Shown here: positions 38,489 through 52,371 of the stretch, one piece after another
Layout: every line of letters begins with the position of its first letter
Numbering within the stretch: position 1 is the first letter of the stretch
NCBI RefSeq assembly: GCF_006345805.1
Contig: NC_043003.1
Coordinates: forward strand, 10,292,001-10,356,000
Source: Octopus sinensis
Lineage: Eukaryota
Length of the DNA stretch: 64,000 nucleotides
Direction: 5' to 3'
Notes under the pieces: generated by a model
The model's database searches: none
What the model was told of the DNA's origin: nothing
Seen by the model: the letters and a program-made list of their open reading frames with translations, nothing else
Made by a program: the position numbers and the translations under genes

Positions 38489-40307
38489 ATATACATATAC
38501 ACTCACATAGATATATATCCATATTCCTATATATTATATATATATATACATACATACATACATACATAGATGCACATATATATACAGATATATACATATA
38601 CAAACATGTATATATGTACATATACACTCACATATATATATACATATATATATGTATATATATACATATGTATATGTAGAGAGAGACACACGTATATATA
38701 TATATATAATATATATATATATATACCCACACACTCACACATATTTATATATGCCTGTGAGTATATAGTGCATGTGTGTGTGTGTGTGTGCTCACACTGC
38801 GACTTCTTAATAGATACTTCTTATTAGGAATCTTGAAATAATTTAAACTATATTATAGAGAGCAATTAGAGAGTAGTTATACTTCTGCGTGTGGGCGTCT
38901 GCTTGTGTGTGTTTAAGTGAGAACGGGTATGTTCATGTGTGTATGTGTACCTGTCTCAGTATGTGATCGGAGCAGAAATAGATGTATGGCTCAGAGTTCA
39001 CGCTTCCTAGACATGTGCTTCTGACTTCTTCGATCCCGAAGCGAAACCGTATAACAGGTTTCTTCTAGTATAAACTTGGCCAGTTTGGTGATTTACGGGT
39101 TGAACTTTGAAAAACGGAAACTGTATTGAAGCCTGTCATATATGTATGTATATGGGTGGTGGTCTATATTTTATTTATCGTGTGACAAATTGTCTGCTAA
39201 CTTACCGATCGCCAAACAGATTTGATCAAATGAAGAGAAATTTGCAACGCTTAAGAAATGTGAAAATGCTTAGACTACAATCATCCAATCACGTGGGTGG
39301 GTAACAGAATGAGGTTGTAAATTAAAGATTAGTTAAAGGCAAATTCTGCAGATAGCAGATAGCAGGCACCAAGCAAAACATTTGACCCTATCAAAGCATG
39401 TTCTAAGACAGCTGCCGAAGTTCTTCTAAAAAAACATTTACTGCGTTATATTTTTAGTACAACAAAGGAATGACATGGTTCATAAATTGCAGCGTTGCTT
39501 ATCCATTTACTTAATTTATCTTGATTAAATTCTTTCGATTAATTACTGCAGAACTGATAGAACATTAACTTTAATCAATGGGCATCCTGCTAATTATAAT
39601 TCAGGGGAAATAACTTAAAGAGAACGTGTTTAGCGAATGCCTCTGCAAAATGTCAGAAGGAAAAGGGAAAGAAATAACTGATGTGTAGCGATGGCCATTC
39701 TTACAGTTTCAGCAATCATAACTTAAAAATACTTAAACAGAAGCAGACAAGAATAAATCAAATAAAGTGGTCAGCACATTGACAGAAGGGAATATTGGCA
39801 TAAATAAATAAATAGCCATACTAGACTAATGAAAATAGTTTAAGCAATAATGAGTACCCACATAAAAATACAAGTTAAGGCTAGTTGAATACCGAGAGTT
39901 ACAGAGACGAATTATTTTGTTATAATGAAGTTATAGGTTGAAAGGAAAAACAGAACTGATCTTCCAAATAAAAAGAATACGAGAAGAGGCCCTGAATGCT
40001 AAAGTTTCCATTTACCAATAATGCTCCAATATTATTTAGAATAAAGATAATCACTACTATAAGTTAAAATTATGTATTGTTATAAGAAAATGATTATAAG
40101 TTCCATAAACGTTAATAAATGCTAAAGGAATTTATAGGATTATAACGAATTATAGAGAATAAAACTCGTAACTAGAGAAGATTAAGTAAATATTAATATA
40201 GCCTAAGATTACAAGCATGCTGAAGAAAACTGTTAAATTAAATTATCTAAAATATCTATTATATGAAATTACAGTAACAGCTATCTGTTGTTAGCATATA
40301 ATATGTA

Positions 40308-41172
40308 CGAGATCTGATCAATAAGTATCCGAACTGTTGTCATAGTAACGAATCTAAGACACGCAGAGTAAAGCCGCCTGTCAAAACTTGACCTTGAACT
40401 CTGCTGTGCATGTGCACTAAGTTTTAACGTTTTGGATTACTTCCGCTGTTTACAGCAGTGATCGTCACACTGACCATGATAGAGAAAGTTGTCGTGGTGA
40501 TACCAGCTCAGAATCCAACGTAAAGTTGCATAAAGTGTATGGAAAGGAGTAAACAGCACACAAGTGCACGAGTGGTTCAGACATTTCCAAGTTGGCCAGA
40601 AAGATGTCGATAGTGACGAATGTTCTGGGAGACCAGCAACCAGCAGAACAGAGAAAAACATCGCAAATGTGCATGCAGCTGTGAGGGGAAATCGTCGAAT
40701 CACCATCCGTGAATTATCAGAGGATGTGCAGATTAGTTACGGTTCAGTTCAGTTCCATTATCACTGAAGATTTGGGTACGAGAGTCGTGTCTGCCAAGAT
40801 TACGCTAAAACTGCTTTCAGCTGACTAAAAAGACACTCGGGTTCCAGTTGCTCAATATCTCCTTGATTGTGTCGAGAAAGATGAAAAATTTGTGAAAACT
40901 TTGTGTAGGCCTCTGAGAAGGTATCGCCAAGCTCTTGGCAAAATTCGATGTAGATCCTTTTCTCAACTGTCTCTTTTAGGCTTAATGCGACGATCACACG
41001 CTACACGCCTTTCTCCCAAGCACTGATGTAAACAGTGGAAGTGAGCTAGAACATTAAAACTTAGTAGGCATAAACAGCAGAGTTCAAGGTCACTCCGTGC
41101 CAAGCAGCTTCCCTCTGCGTGCTTTTGCTTCCTTACTATGGCATCACTCCAGATACCTATATACCAGTTCCT
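40308..41172. mobile_element. Mariner derivative built from two inverted 5' ends
   Basis: TA|CGAG start; long imperfect TIRs. Plus strand gives HEWFRHFQVGQKDVDSDECSGRPATS...NRRITIRELSEDVQISYGSV; minus strand gives a second N-terminus, EKRIYIEFCQELGDTFSEAY. Confidence 0.85.
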
Positions 41173-41218
41173 TATCCAGAATTGCATTCATCTCGTTTAA
41201 CATTTTTATATTTAAACA

Positions 41219-41532
41219 GTTGTTGTTGTTGTTTCTTCCTTCTCGAACCACGCCTGGCTCATAAGAGCCGGTTTCCCGGTTTCCTTGGCGTGTAGCTTCC
41301 CCACCTGGACGGGACGCCGGTCTGTCGCAGGTGAGCTGCAAGATGCAGGAGGAAAGAGTGAGAGAAAGTTGTGGCGAAAGAGTCAGCAGAAATTCGCCAT
41401 TACCTTCTGCTGGAGCAGCATGGAGCTTAGGTATTTCGCTCATAAACACACACATCGCCCGGTCTGAGATTCGAACCCGCGATCCCTCGACCGCGAGCCC
41501 GCTGTTCTAACCACTAGGCCATGTGCCTCCAC
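41219..41532 (-). mobile_element. SINE family B head with an alternative 3' half and (CAA)n tail
   Basis: Shares the head through CTCTTTCGCCACAACTTTCTCTCACTCTTTC, then continues CCTGCGACAGACCGGCGTCCCGTCCAGG. Confidence 0.85.
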
Positions 41533-42189
41533 ATATTCAAATAAACAGTACTGAAAAGAAATTATGAATTAAAATTACTTTTAGATATCTCTGTAATTCT
41601 CTTACCATTATCATTCGCTCTGTATTGCCAATATTGTAAATACTGAAATCCAATATTCCACATTTTCTATATTGGTACTTTAAATTGTCTATTAGAAGGA
41701 AATTTGCCATTTGAAGAAAGAATCAAAGTAGATATCTCTATTATTATTGCTGACTAGCTTATTGCTCATTATTCGTGCTATGCTGTTGGTATTGACGTTG
41801 TTTTCATTTAGCTCCAGACCAGATATTGCAGTGACACGTATCCTGATATTTTTAGGGAAATATTATCTAATAATATCTTCATTTTAAGAGAGTATGGTAC
41901 AATTTCAGAAATACTTGATTATTATTTCTCACAGATGCAGTTATCACATACCAGTACCCTTCTTTTACAACAGGTGCTGTGAACATTTGATCAATTGATA
42001 TTAATAAATATTATATCTAATATTTGTAGATTTTGCACTAGCCACATACATATACCGTATCACAGAGATACATGTTTTAGTTAAATGTTTTCTTTCAAAA
42101 ATTTATACTGTCCCTATATATGTGCGTGCGTATTTGTCTCTCTGTTTGTCTGTCTCTGCGCAAATATACATACATACATACATATATAT

Positions 42190-43298
42190 TTATTATTTTA
42201 TTTATTTTTATCTTATGTTAGCTAGTTTCAGCTCACGAGCTGTGGCCATGCTGGGGCACCGCCATTTGGTGTTGCTACATGATTTTACTTCACGAATGCG
42301 TTTTAGCAATTGCCATTTGGTGCATGAGAGAGTTCGATGCAGCTGCCCTCATCTGCACCTCCTGCCCTGAAGTTGGTTCATCTGGGACACCTGACAGGAA
42401 GAGATCCAGTTTTATTTTAAAGACATCTGCATTCACCCCATGCAGGTCTCTCAGGTTCTTCGGGAGGATATTGAAGAGCTCTGGGCCTCTGAAGCCCAGG
42501 CTATCACAGTATCTTGTCCTACACCTTGATGGCAAATTTGGTGTCCTTGGCACTATGCAGTGGCGCCCAGTTCTAGCATTTGTGTAACTCTCGATGCCAT
42601 AATTTGGGACAATTCCTTCATGGATCTTCCAGATGTATATTATGGCATATCTTTCTCGCCTACGCTCTAAGGAATAGAGTCTTAATCTCTTGAGTCTTTC
42701 TTCAGTAGCTAATATGCTGCACAGAGGCTATCTTCTTCGTGTAGCTTCGTTGGATCGCCTCAAGTTCTGTGATTAACTTGACACTGGATGGTGACCATAT
42801 CTGAGAGCAATAGTCAAAGTGGCTTAGGACAAGTGTCCTCCAGCAGACCATCATGGTTTCCTGGTCTCTTGTTCTAAAGATTCTAAGAATCCATCTAGTC
42901 AGCCGCCTACATTTCATTGCCAATTAAGCAACATGCACATGAAAGGTTGCATCATCACTCATGTAAATACCCAGGTCTCGCATTGATTGTGTCTCTGGGA
43001 TTGCGATCCCTCCGGGTCCAGTGTTATTTATTCGGTATGCATTTAGTTTTTGCATGCTGATAGCATTAAAGATTGAATGAAACTTTTCCATTGAACTGCA
43101 TGCTATTCTTTTCAGCCCACTTGTATATTTTGTCCAGTTCACATTGCAGGTGCTTAGTGTCTTCAGGTTCTGTATTGCCTGTGAAAATTTTGTATCATCT
43201 GAACTTGTGATCGTGGTTCTCTGCGTGGCTGAGGCATGTCTAGAAGGGCGATTATGAAGTAGTGGTCCCAAAACAGTGCCTTGCGGAACACCGCCCAC
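42190..43298 (-). mobile_element. CR1-group LINE, 5'-truncated (RT C-terminal half and 3' UTR)
   Basis: GVPQGTVLGPLL, DDTK, RDLGIYMS, HFDYCSQIWSP, LEAIQRSYTK, LYSLERRRERY and GPELFNILPKNLR across frameshifts. Confidence 0.92.
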
Positions 43299-44957
43299 TA
43301 TTTGTGTTAATATATATATATATATCTATATATATATATTATATATATAATATACATATATATATACACGCATACATATATACATACATGCATATATATA
43401 TATATAATATATATATATAATATACGCGAGAAAGAAGCAACAAGAATGGATAGGTTTTTAGTACGATCGTTTCATACAAGGACAGGTTTTATTAAAAGTT
43501 GCAAAGATTACAGCATATAAACGAGTCCCGTACTATCAATCAGCTAAAATACATGTAAGTTCTCTAGACATCCTAGTGTTTGAGGCTATACTCATGAAGT
43601 AATGTAGATAATTAAACAGATTTCTAAAGTTCATTAAAGTTCCTTAAAGATGATGTATAGTCTTATCACAGAATTTTAAAAAAGTTTTGATAGCATCACA
43701 GAGAAGGTGACCTAATCCATATGAATTTCCATAGATATGATGAGGGATTATATACTCACAGAAGACAAATTTATCCATTGTTATTAGCATTACAGAGAGG
43801 GTGAATTAATCCTTTGTATATATGCACAGATTCCAATGGTGTAAATGTAAATTTCCAGAGAAATGGAGATGAATTTCATATTCACAGGCGATAAATTTTA
43901 CAATGGCTGAACACAATGAGGTAGGTACCAATCCTTGTTATATGATTAGGTGTTTGCCATATTAATCACACTACTGCTATTCACAAGAGGCTGTAGCTAT
44001 TTAACTCTTAAAGGTTGAAGGGCTTACTAGATCGGCCAAGAATAGAGAAGGGAATAGAAGAAAAGAGAGGAAAATAATGGAGGAGGGAGCAAAAAAAAGG
44101 GGGGGGGGAAAGGGGGACTAAAAGAGAAGAGAAAAGGAAACAGAGAATAAGAAGAAGAAAAAGAAGAAAGAAAGAAAAGAAATAGGGAAAGAAGGGAAAA
44201 AAGAAAAAGAAAAAAGAGGGTTCTAGTTATACAGAAGAGCTAGTAGACTGTAAGTCTGGTTTTAATCAACAGGATCTAGGAACTGGAGGGGGAATATTAT
44301 TCTTTGACCAGTAAACCGTTAATTTATTGCTGTTGAAATCAGCTATGAGTTTAAAGAGAATCTAAAGAGAACACAGTCAGGGGTTAAGGGGTCAGATGCT
44401 AAAATCACCAGAAATACATTAGGAAAATCTAAGTATAATCTTATCAAAAAGTCATTAAAAATTTACTTATTTAATTTATTCATTTTATTGTCTTAAGGAG
44501 TTGTCGTTATTATTCATACATGACCGACTACAGGTCAAATCTTATAAGATCATTTACAAGGTGTTAGGGGATTGTCTATCCTAATGAAGATAATCATATA
44601 TCACCGAGGGAATAGCCTTATTTATTTAATTATGAAATAGAATTATGGGGCTTACAGTAACTAATTATAATTTATTAGAGTTATGCTATTTAAATTAGAT
44701 TAAGTTAGGAATTAAAATTAAATATTACAATTAAGATTTAAAATTAAGAATTTAAAATTGCGAGTTTGAAATTAAATAAAGCCTCAATTAAGTAGCGAAT
44801 AAGTACTATTCATTTCCTGTTCTCAAAAAACTGATGTAGATATAAGGAAAAGGATAAAGATAACTGTAATGTGAGAACTCTTAGTTATCTACTTAAAAGC
44901 AGTGCTATACTAGTAGAAATCAAGTTATATCTATCTATCTAGTTATGAATATTCCAA

Positions 44958-46600
44958 TCATTTAAAATATTTTAAAGTCTTCAATTTAGCGTGGACACAA
45001 AACTTGACCTAGTTCGATATGGTTATTCAATAAGTTTCTATGTTTACTATGCTTTAGAATTTCGTACGTCTCCATGGAGCATAGTTGACAACCAACCCTA
45101 CTATTTTTATACGGAATTGCTCTCCTAACTATTTCCCAATTAAGGTATAATTTTTGTTATTATTTTTGAGTTCCCAGATTTTGTTTGAAAGTGTGGTGGT
45201 ACCAGCTTTATGACGTAATTTAAAAGTCGAGATGTGATTTCTAACTCTGGCTAAAAAATTATTGTACAGCCAATTGTAAAAATATTGTTATTCTCCGTGG
45301 ATATGGTACATTTATAGATTACATTATTTTCCTACATAGACCAGGTGCGGGCATTTTGATTTTATTCTACACTTACACACAGGAGGAACAACTTCAGGCC
45401 TTGGATTATTCCTGGGTAGATGTTTAAGGTTCCTATTATTTTGATTATCATTTCTATAGTTGGTACTGATATCTAAAGTATTGCTATTATTTATTGATCC
45501 TTCCGTTTCATCATTTAGGTGTAAAGTCCTACCAAGATTTCTTATTATTCGTAATGTTATTATTATTGTTAGTCTTTTATCCAACTGTATATTATTGTTA
45601 TAGATATCACTGATATTTTCATTCTCCCTATTTTCACCATTAGCCTTATTTCTATTATTTCTATTATTAACAATATTACTTCTATAATATCGGCATTGTT
45701 ATTATTACTATTAATGTTAATGTTATTAGTCATTCTGTGGTTACTAATTTCACCTATGTTGATAGTTCATATTGCTGTTTTTTATTGTTGTTGGTAGTAT
45801 TATTGTTATGCTATTGGTATTCATTCTGATAATATTATTTTTATTTCTATCTTTCCTGGCTAGTTTAATGTTGTTATTTTAATTTTAGCTATTAAAGTGG
45901 ACATATTTGGGAGGGTTGAATAAGAAATCCTAACTGTTTTCCTAGAAATAATTCTATGATATCTATGAGAGATAGGGAAATTTTTTTCCAGAATTACTTT
46001 GAATTTGTTCTGTATATCCGATTGTATCGCACAGTTGAAAGGAATATTCAGCCATAATATATCTTTTTATAAAATTTAGGGTTCGTAGAATTACTACTAT
46101 TCATCTCACCGGAGAGTATTGTATTTATTACCATTATTTTTATTTTTATTTGTGTGCATCTTAGGTTTATCTACTTCAATCTTATCCGAGTTACCTATGT
46201 TCTGGTCAATGCTTCTATTTGAATTGTGGGCCTGTACTCTAGATTAGCGTTTACCGTTAATTTAATTCTACTTTTATTTCGGGTTTGGTCTTTTTTGCTG
46301 CTTATTGATTAATGATAACTTCATTATTAGGAATAGGAGTTCTCCCTATCAACGAATGTGATCTTTTGGTTGTATCCAGCCTTAGTTAACGCCGCATTAT
46401 AATGCTCAGAATGGGAGTTAAATATATCCTTATTGGATGATAATTTTGAAATTCTTAATGAAATATTTCTTACTAAAGATTCTATTATATTTGGGGGATG
46501 ATTTGATAATTTATTTACGTAATTCGTGACTTCGCCTTCCTTTCTAAATGGGTAATGTAGCTTGGAGTTAAGGTCTAGGGTAATATCTAGGAAATTAGCT
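44958..46600 (-). pseudogene. PLE ORF remnant: RT C-terminus/thumb, Asn-rich linkers, GIY-YIG endonuclease
   Basis: NFLDITLDL...SNHPPNII...; WLNIPFN...RISYSTLPNM; CKCRIKSKCP..GLC...NVIYKCTI...IGCT...NHISTF...TTLSNKIWELK...WEIV...CQLC...CVH, with several 1-bp frameshifts. Confidence 0.88.
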
Positions 46601-47146
46601 TTTTTTGCTCCCTCCTCCATTATTTTCTCTCTTTTCTTCTATTCCTTCTCTATTCTTGGCCGATCTAGTAAGCCCTTCAACCTTTAAGAGTTAAATAGCT
46701 ACAGCCTCTTGTGAATAGCAGTAGTGTGATTAATATGGCAAACACCTAATCATATAACAAGGATTGGTACCTACCTCATTGTGTTCAGCCATTGTAAATT
46801 TATCGCCTGGAATATGAAATTCATCTCCATTTCTCTGGAAATTTACATTTACACCATTGGAATCTGTGCATATATATACAGGAGGAAATTCACCCTCTCT
46901 GTAATGCTAATAACAATGGATAAATTTGTCTTCTGTGAGTATATAATCCCTCATCATATCTATGGAAATTCATATGGATTAGGTCACCTTCTCTGTGATG
47001 CTAGTCAAAACTTTTTTAAAATTCTGTGATAAGACTATACATCATCTTTAAGGAACTTTAATGAACTTAGTAAATCTGTGTTAATTATCTACATTACTTC
47101 ATGAGTATAGCCTCAAACACTAGGATGTCTAGAGAACTTACATGTA

Positions 47147-47237
47147 TTTTAGCTGATGAGTACGGGACTAGTTTATATGCTGTAATCTTTGCAACTTTTA
47201 ATAAAACCTGTCCTTGTATGAAACGATCGTACTAAAA
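47147..47237 (+). ncRNA. Type I hammerhead ribozyme motif with a long stem II (mirror copy 43456-43549 on -)
   Basis: UUUUAG-CUGAUGA-GUACGGGAC...GUCCUUGUAU-GAAA-C-GAUC-GUA-CUAAAA; predicted cut after A47231. Confidence 0.8.
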
Positions 47238-47381
47238 ACCTATCCATTCTTGTTGCTTCTTTCTCGCTTATAATCACCCCACATTACTGTATTGTTAAAT
47301 CAGTATAGTTCTTTTGGTGCATCTAAGTTAGGTACCATATTCAAGTAAATTTTTAAATTAACTTGAATCTTTATTGCTCTT

Positions 47382-47423
<42 letters not shown>

Positions 47424-48461
47424 ATATATTGAAAAAAAGTCGTCAGAATTTTGGGAAATATTTTTTTTATTATTATATCTTCATTTTCATTGTTTGTGTT
47501 TTGTTTTGTTTTTCTTTTTCAAAGTCTAACCCCCAAAAAAACAAAAAAAAACAACGTTCTCTTATAAAGAAAATCCGCCTGCTAAAAAAATCTGTTTTAT
47601 ATAAATAAGCAAGATATCTGTATATTCACAGAATTGTAGTTGACAAGTTCGAAAGACGAACGAAAGCGTTAATATGAAAATGAAGATATAACAATAAAAA
47701 AAGTTCTTTCACAAACCCTGAGGGCTTTTTTTCAATATTCAATTCCGTGCACCACACCTAACACTCTACACACACATACATATATATATTATATATAATA
47801 TAGGACAATCAGTATATTTATATATATATATTATATATATATATATATATATAGATATATATATATGTGTGTGTGTGGTGTGTGTGTGTGTGTGTGTGTA
47901 TACATACGTATGTTTGTATGCATACATACAGGGAGGGAGAGGAACAAACAGACAAACAGAGCGAAAGAAACCTACATACCATACATACATGCATACAAGT
48001 GTATCTATATAGACACATACGTATGTATATATATATGTATATGTATGTATGTATATGTATGTATGTATATATACATTCATGTGTATACAGACATACACAC
48101 ATACACACACACTCACGCACACATATATGTATATATATAGATATATATGAGCAATAATACCCAAATATTGCAGTCCACTTCACAGCTCTCTCTGTATTAA
48201 AAACCGACCTAAATGTCTGGGGAATCTCATACATAGGTATTTCTTCTGTGATTACAAAGAACTATTCGCAGCAACAACAACAACAACGACAACTCACCAA
48301 CCTAACAGAGCGACGTCGTTAAATATAAAATACACAGAAACAGATTTCCCGTTTGTATTTAATGTTTTTCATTTCAGTTCATCTGAAAAGGAAACCACAA
48401 TTCTCTACGTTCTTAACAGACGAGACAATCGCTGTTGTTGAATTTTCACACTTTTGCTATC

Positions 48462-48508
48462 GTCGTGGTCGTCGTCGTCGTTGTTGTTGTATTATTATTA
48501 TTATTATT

Positions 48509-48540
<32 letters not shown>

Positions 48541-48563
48541 TATCATCATTATTATTATTATTA

Positions 48564-48615
<52 letters not shown>

Positions 48616-48700
48616 ATATATTATCATCATCATCATCATCATATCATTATTATTATTGTTATTATTATTATTATCATCATTATTCCAATCGTTGTTGTTT
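48462..48700. repeat. (TAT/CAT)n compound microsatellite
   Basis: Seen directly. Confidence 0.95.
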
Positions 48701-49524
48701 TAGTTTTGCTGTACGCGTTCTAGTCCGAGTTTGATTCTGGCGCTGCTGATCTATGATTGTAGGCACTTTTCCGGGGTAATCGAATCGTATTTCCATGGAC
48801 ATTGCACCTTGGACTGCTTTATCATATGTACTATCCCGGTTTGGTTTTAAACATAGCAAAGAGAAACTCAGTGAAAATTTGGCTGCTATTTCTAACAGAA
48901 TGAGAAACTGCCCAAAGGCTCTTTGGTTCTGTGTTAAGCACAAGCGCAAAACAACAAATCTTCGTTTCATAATGCATCACAATTACTTGATGATTGATAT
49001 TACATAATATTGATTTCATAGAGAGGAACATGACTAGATATTTATGGATGAAAAAAGAGATGAATTTACTGTCAACAATACTTCACAAGTGCAAATATGA
49101 AAGCCATGGAGGATCTTCACTAAATACCGAAAGATATTTTGGCAAACGTAGAGATTAAAGTGCGTATTTCATTTCTTATGATATAATGCAATTAGCTTTA
49201 TAATCATTACTTATAATGGTAACGTAATAGTGCTTGTAAAGATTATATATATATATATATAATATATAATTATATATATTATATATATATATATGTGTAT
49301 ACATAAGTTGTTTTTTTTATGGTAGAGTACTCAGCCGGTATCTAAGGGGACCGGTTCGATTCACGTACCCACGCATTGGGGATTTTTTCCCTCGAATAAG
49401 CGTAGAATATTCAATTTTTCTCTGCTGTTTTCACAGCTTCACTGCATTTGAATTCTACTTTCTTGTTTGTAAAATACCAAACACATTCGACGGTTCCAAA
49501 TTTGTGATATACGTATAACAATAG

Positions 49525-49728
49525 TCGCAGGAGTGGCTGTGTGGTAACTAGCTTGCTTACCAACCACATGGTTCCGGGTTCAATCCCACTGCGTGACACC
49601 TTGGGTAAGTATCTTCTACTATAGCCTATAGCCTATAGAATAAATCCTAGGGTCGATTTGCTCGACTAAAGGTAGTGCTCCAGTATGGCCGCAATCAAAT
49701 GACTGAAACAAGTAAAAGAGTAAAAGAG

Positions 49729-49730
<2 letters not shown>
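49525..49730 (+). mobile_element. SINE family A, internally deleted
   Basis: Head is joined to the tail at ctatagcctatagcctatagaataa. Confidence 0.85.
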
Positions 49731-49760
<30 letters not shown>

Positions 49761-49765
49761 CTCTC

Positions 49766-49808
<43 letters not shown>

Positions 49809-51002
49809 CTCTCTACTATTCATATATGTATAAATATATATTTATGCGTATATATACATATATGCGTCCCTTATTTTACTATTAGTATGCAAAACGCATC
49901 CTTTTTAGATCATAATTCATTCAATTTTCCTGCAGTCCTAAGGAACATCATATAAAACTGGATTATTCTTGACAATCCACTCTGCTCTCGCAAGAAGTGC
50001 TGATCTTTTCCTTGCTGAGCTCTTGTTTGTGGTATTTGTCTGTCCTGACTTTTAAGGCTACAATACACAACATCCAATTATTCCTTGAATTGCTCACGAT
50101 TCACTTTCGCCTCATTTTCTACCCACACAGGAAGTCCCCCTGTTAATGTCAGAAACAAATAGGTTTTGGCATCAATGATATTGCAATGTTGCGAAAAACA
50201 TTCCGACAGCCATACGTTTTGAGTGTAGTATAATATTTTTCCATCACACGAACCGCGATCGCTGTAACTTTGTAGGATATTTTTTCGTCAATATCCAGGT
50301 ATTTACAATGCTCCTTGTTTGAAACAAGGAACAGAGCGATAGAGAATTGTTATTAAATGTTTTTCGTTTGGAAATGATTTTCCTACAAACAACGATTATG
50401 TATAAACATTTCCTTCGGCCAAACTCCATCCCAAAAACCACTGGAAATGCAGTTATTAAATCCAGCTGTTTCTTATTATGGATATATCCAGAGTAGATTC
50501 TTAAGTATGAACAAAGAAATTATTAGTTACCTTCCTGGTTCTTGTTGTAGATTCAATAATGTAACCATTGGATTTACTGCCAAAACAAAGTGTTTTCTTA
50601 GAAAAGAAAAACAGAGTGTTTTCTTAGAATATTCCTTTTGAAAGATTTATGAAATCAGAAACAATGGGAAGAGTATTTATTTATCTATGTATTTATTTAT
50701 TTGTAAACCTTTCAATGTCAGCTATTATGACAGCAGATACTTTCAGCAAGAGCACTAATCTCGGCAAATATTTATAGGGAATAAAATGGATGTCTTTTCC
50801 GTAATCATGCCGTACAATCTAAAGAACTTCTCTGATTTTGTCTTACATCAGACGACGAAACTTTATTAATTATACAGTAACATGCACAATTCCTTGAAAT
50901 ACCTTTATTTCTAATACCTGCTTGTCAGCCAATACTTCTCTGAAGTCGTAATGTTCTGTGCAGAATTGAATAAAACAGCTTTTATAAATCTTATTCATAT
51001 TA

Positions 51003-51346
51003 GGCACAGGTATGACTGTGAGGTTAAGAGGCTCGATTTACAACCGCGTGAGTTCGAATTCCGTTGCATGCGCAGCTCAAAGGCAAGTATCTCAATTGCC
51101 CCGGTTTACCAATGGCTTGTGAGTGAATCTGGTAAATGGAAACTATGTGGAATCTTGTTATGTGTGTGTGTCTTTGTGCTTTTGTTTTCCCCCACCGTCA
51201 TGGTTTGTTTATCACCCGTAACATAGCGGTTTGGTAATAGTGACTGATAAAATAAGTAGCAGGCTATATAGAAATAAGTACTGATGTGGAATTCTTTGAC
51301 TGAAACCTTCAGGTGTGTACTCCAGCTTGGTCGTTGTTCAATGACT
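51003..51346 (+). mobile_element. SINE family A, old copy, followed by (GATA)n
   Basis: Weak colinear similarity to family A. Confidence 0.7.
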
Positions 51347-51367
51347 CTAGGTAGGTAGGTAGGTAGG

Positions 51368-51467
<100 letters not shown>

Positions 51468-52371
51468 GATCGAAAGAATGTGGAGAGATAGCAAATGAAA
51501 TATACGTGCACAGGTACAAACTTCTTTGAACGGGGAGCATGAACTCTGCTCTTCTTTAAAATTTTCATCGTCTACACACTCTCAGACAAAAGAAGCAACC
51601 CTGTAGACATATCCATAATAAAGATATGCACACGAACATATGCATATTACACAATTTCCTAGTTTGACAGAGTTGTAATCCCGCCATTAAAGTTGAGACA
51701 ACCAGTAACAAAACGACGCCATTAATCTCGTAAGTCTTGTGATTTTATACTATTCAACCGGCAGAATTTAGTCTGCTCTCCGTCTCTGTTGCTTCATTTA
51801 TTTTTATCGCTGAGGTTAGAAGTTGGCTGTACCTGGAGATGTTAATGTTATTATTCTAATAGTTCTTGTTCCGGATCATTTAAATGGAATTTCAGTCAAA
51901 TAATACTAAAAGGGATTATGCGGATTAATGTCAAAATATGATTCAAACTTTTAATCGCTTTCTATTAGGGGTTTCTGTTAAATATAATATTGTGTGTAGA
52001 TGATACACGCAGTTTTTGACATAATGTCAGTCACTATAATACATATACAATACATAACAAACTGTTCTTCAATCACGTTTGAATTTCACTTTGGGCTGGG
52101 GTATTTTTTTTTATAGGTAATCATTCACGAGTTCTCAATTTCAAATATACAGACACAAAGTATTTCGGCATATAGACAGATATGAACAAGTGTGAAGGGG
52201 AAGGAGGAAGTAGAGTATTCGTGACTATAAGTTGAATGTGGCAATTTACTGCAAGTCGAATTTTCACAAGTCTTTCACAAGTTGTTCGTCGTACAACTCA
52301 GCCAATTATTAAAATATAAAATAAATTTAAAGTGCAAACTTAAAAACGTATTTAATAATATATATATATAT

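Larger units (their letters stand above)
43426..47385 (-). mobile_element. 5'-truncated Penelope-like element (Naiad-type) with about 670-bp inverted pLTR
   Basis: Arms 43426-44098 and 46600-47267 are near-identical inverted copies, enclosing RT-thumb and GIY-YIG remnants; (TA)n on both sides. Confidence 0.9.

Noticed and set aside
44958-45380. Selenocysteine-encoding Naiad endonuclease
   Set aside because: The conserved Cys positions read TGT/TGC; the interruptions are frameshifts, not in-frame TGA.
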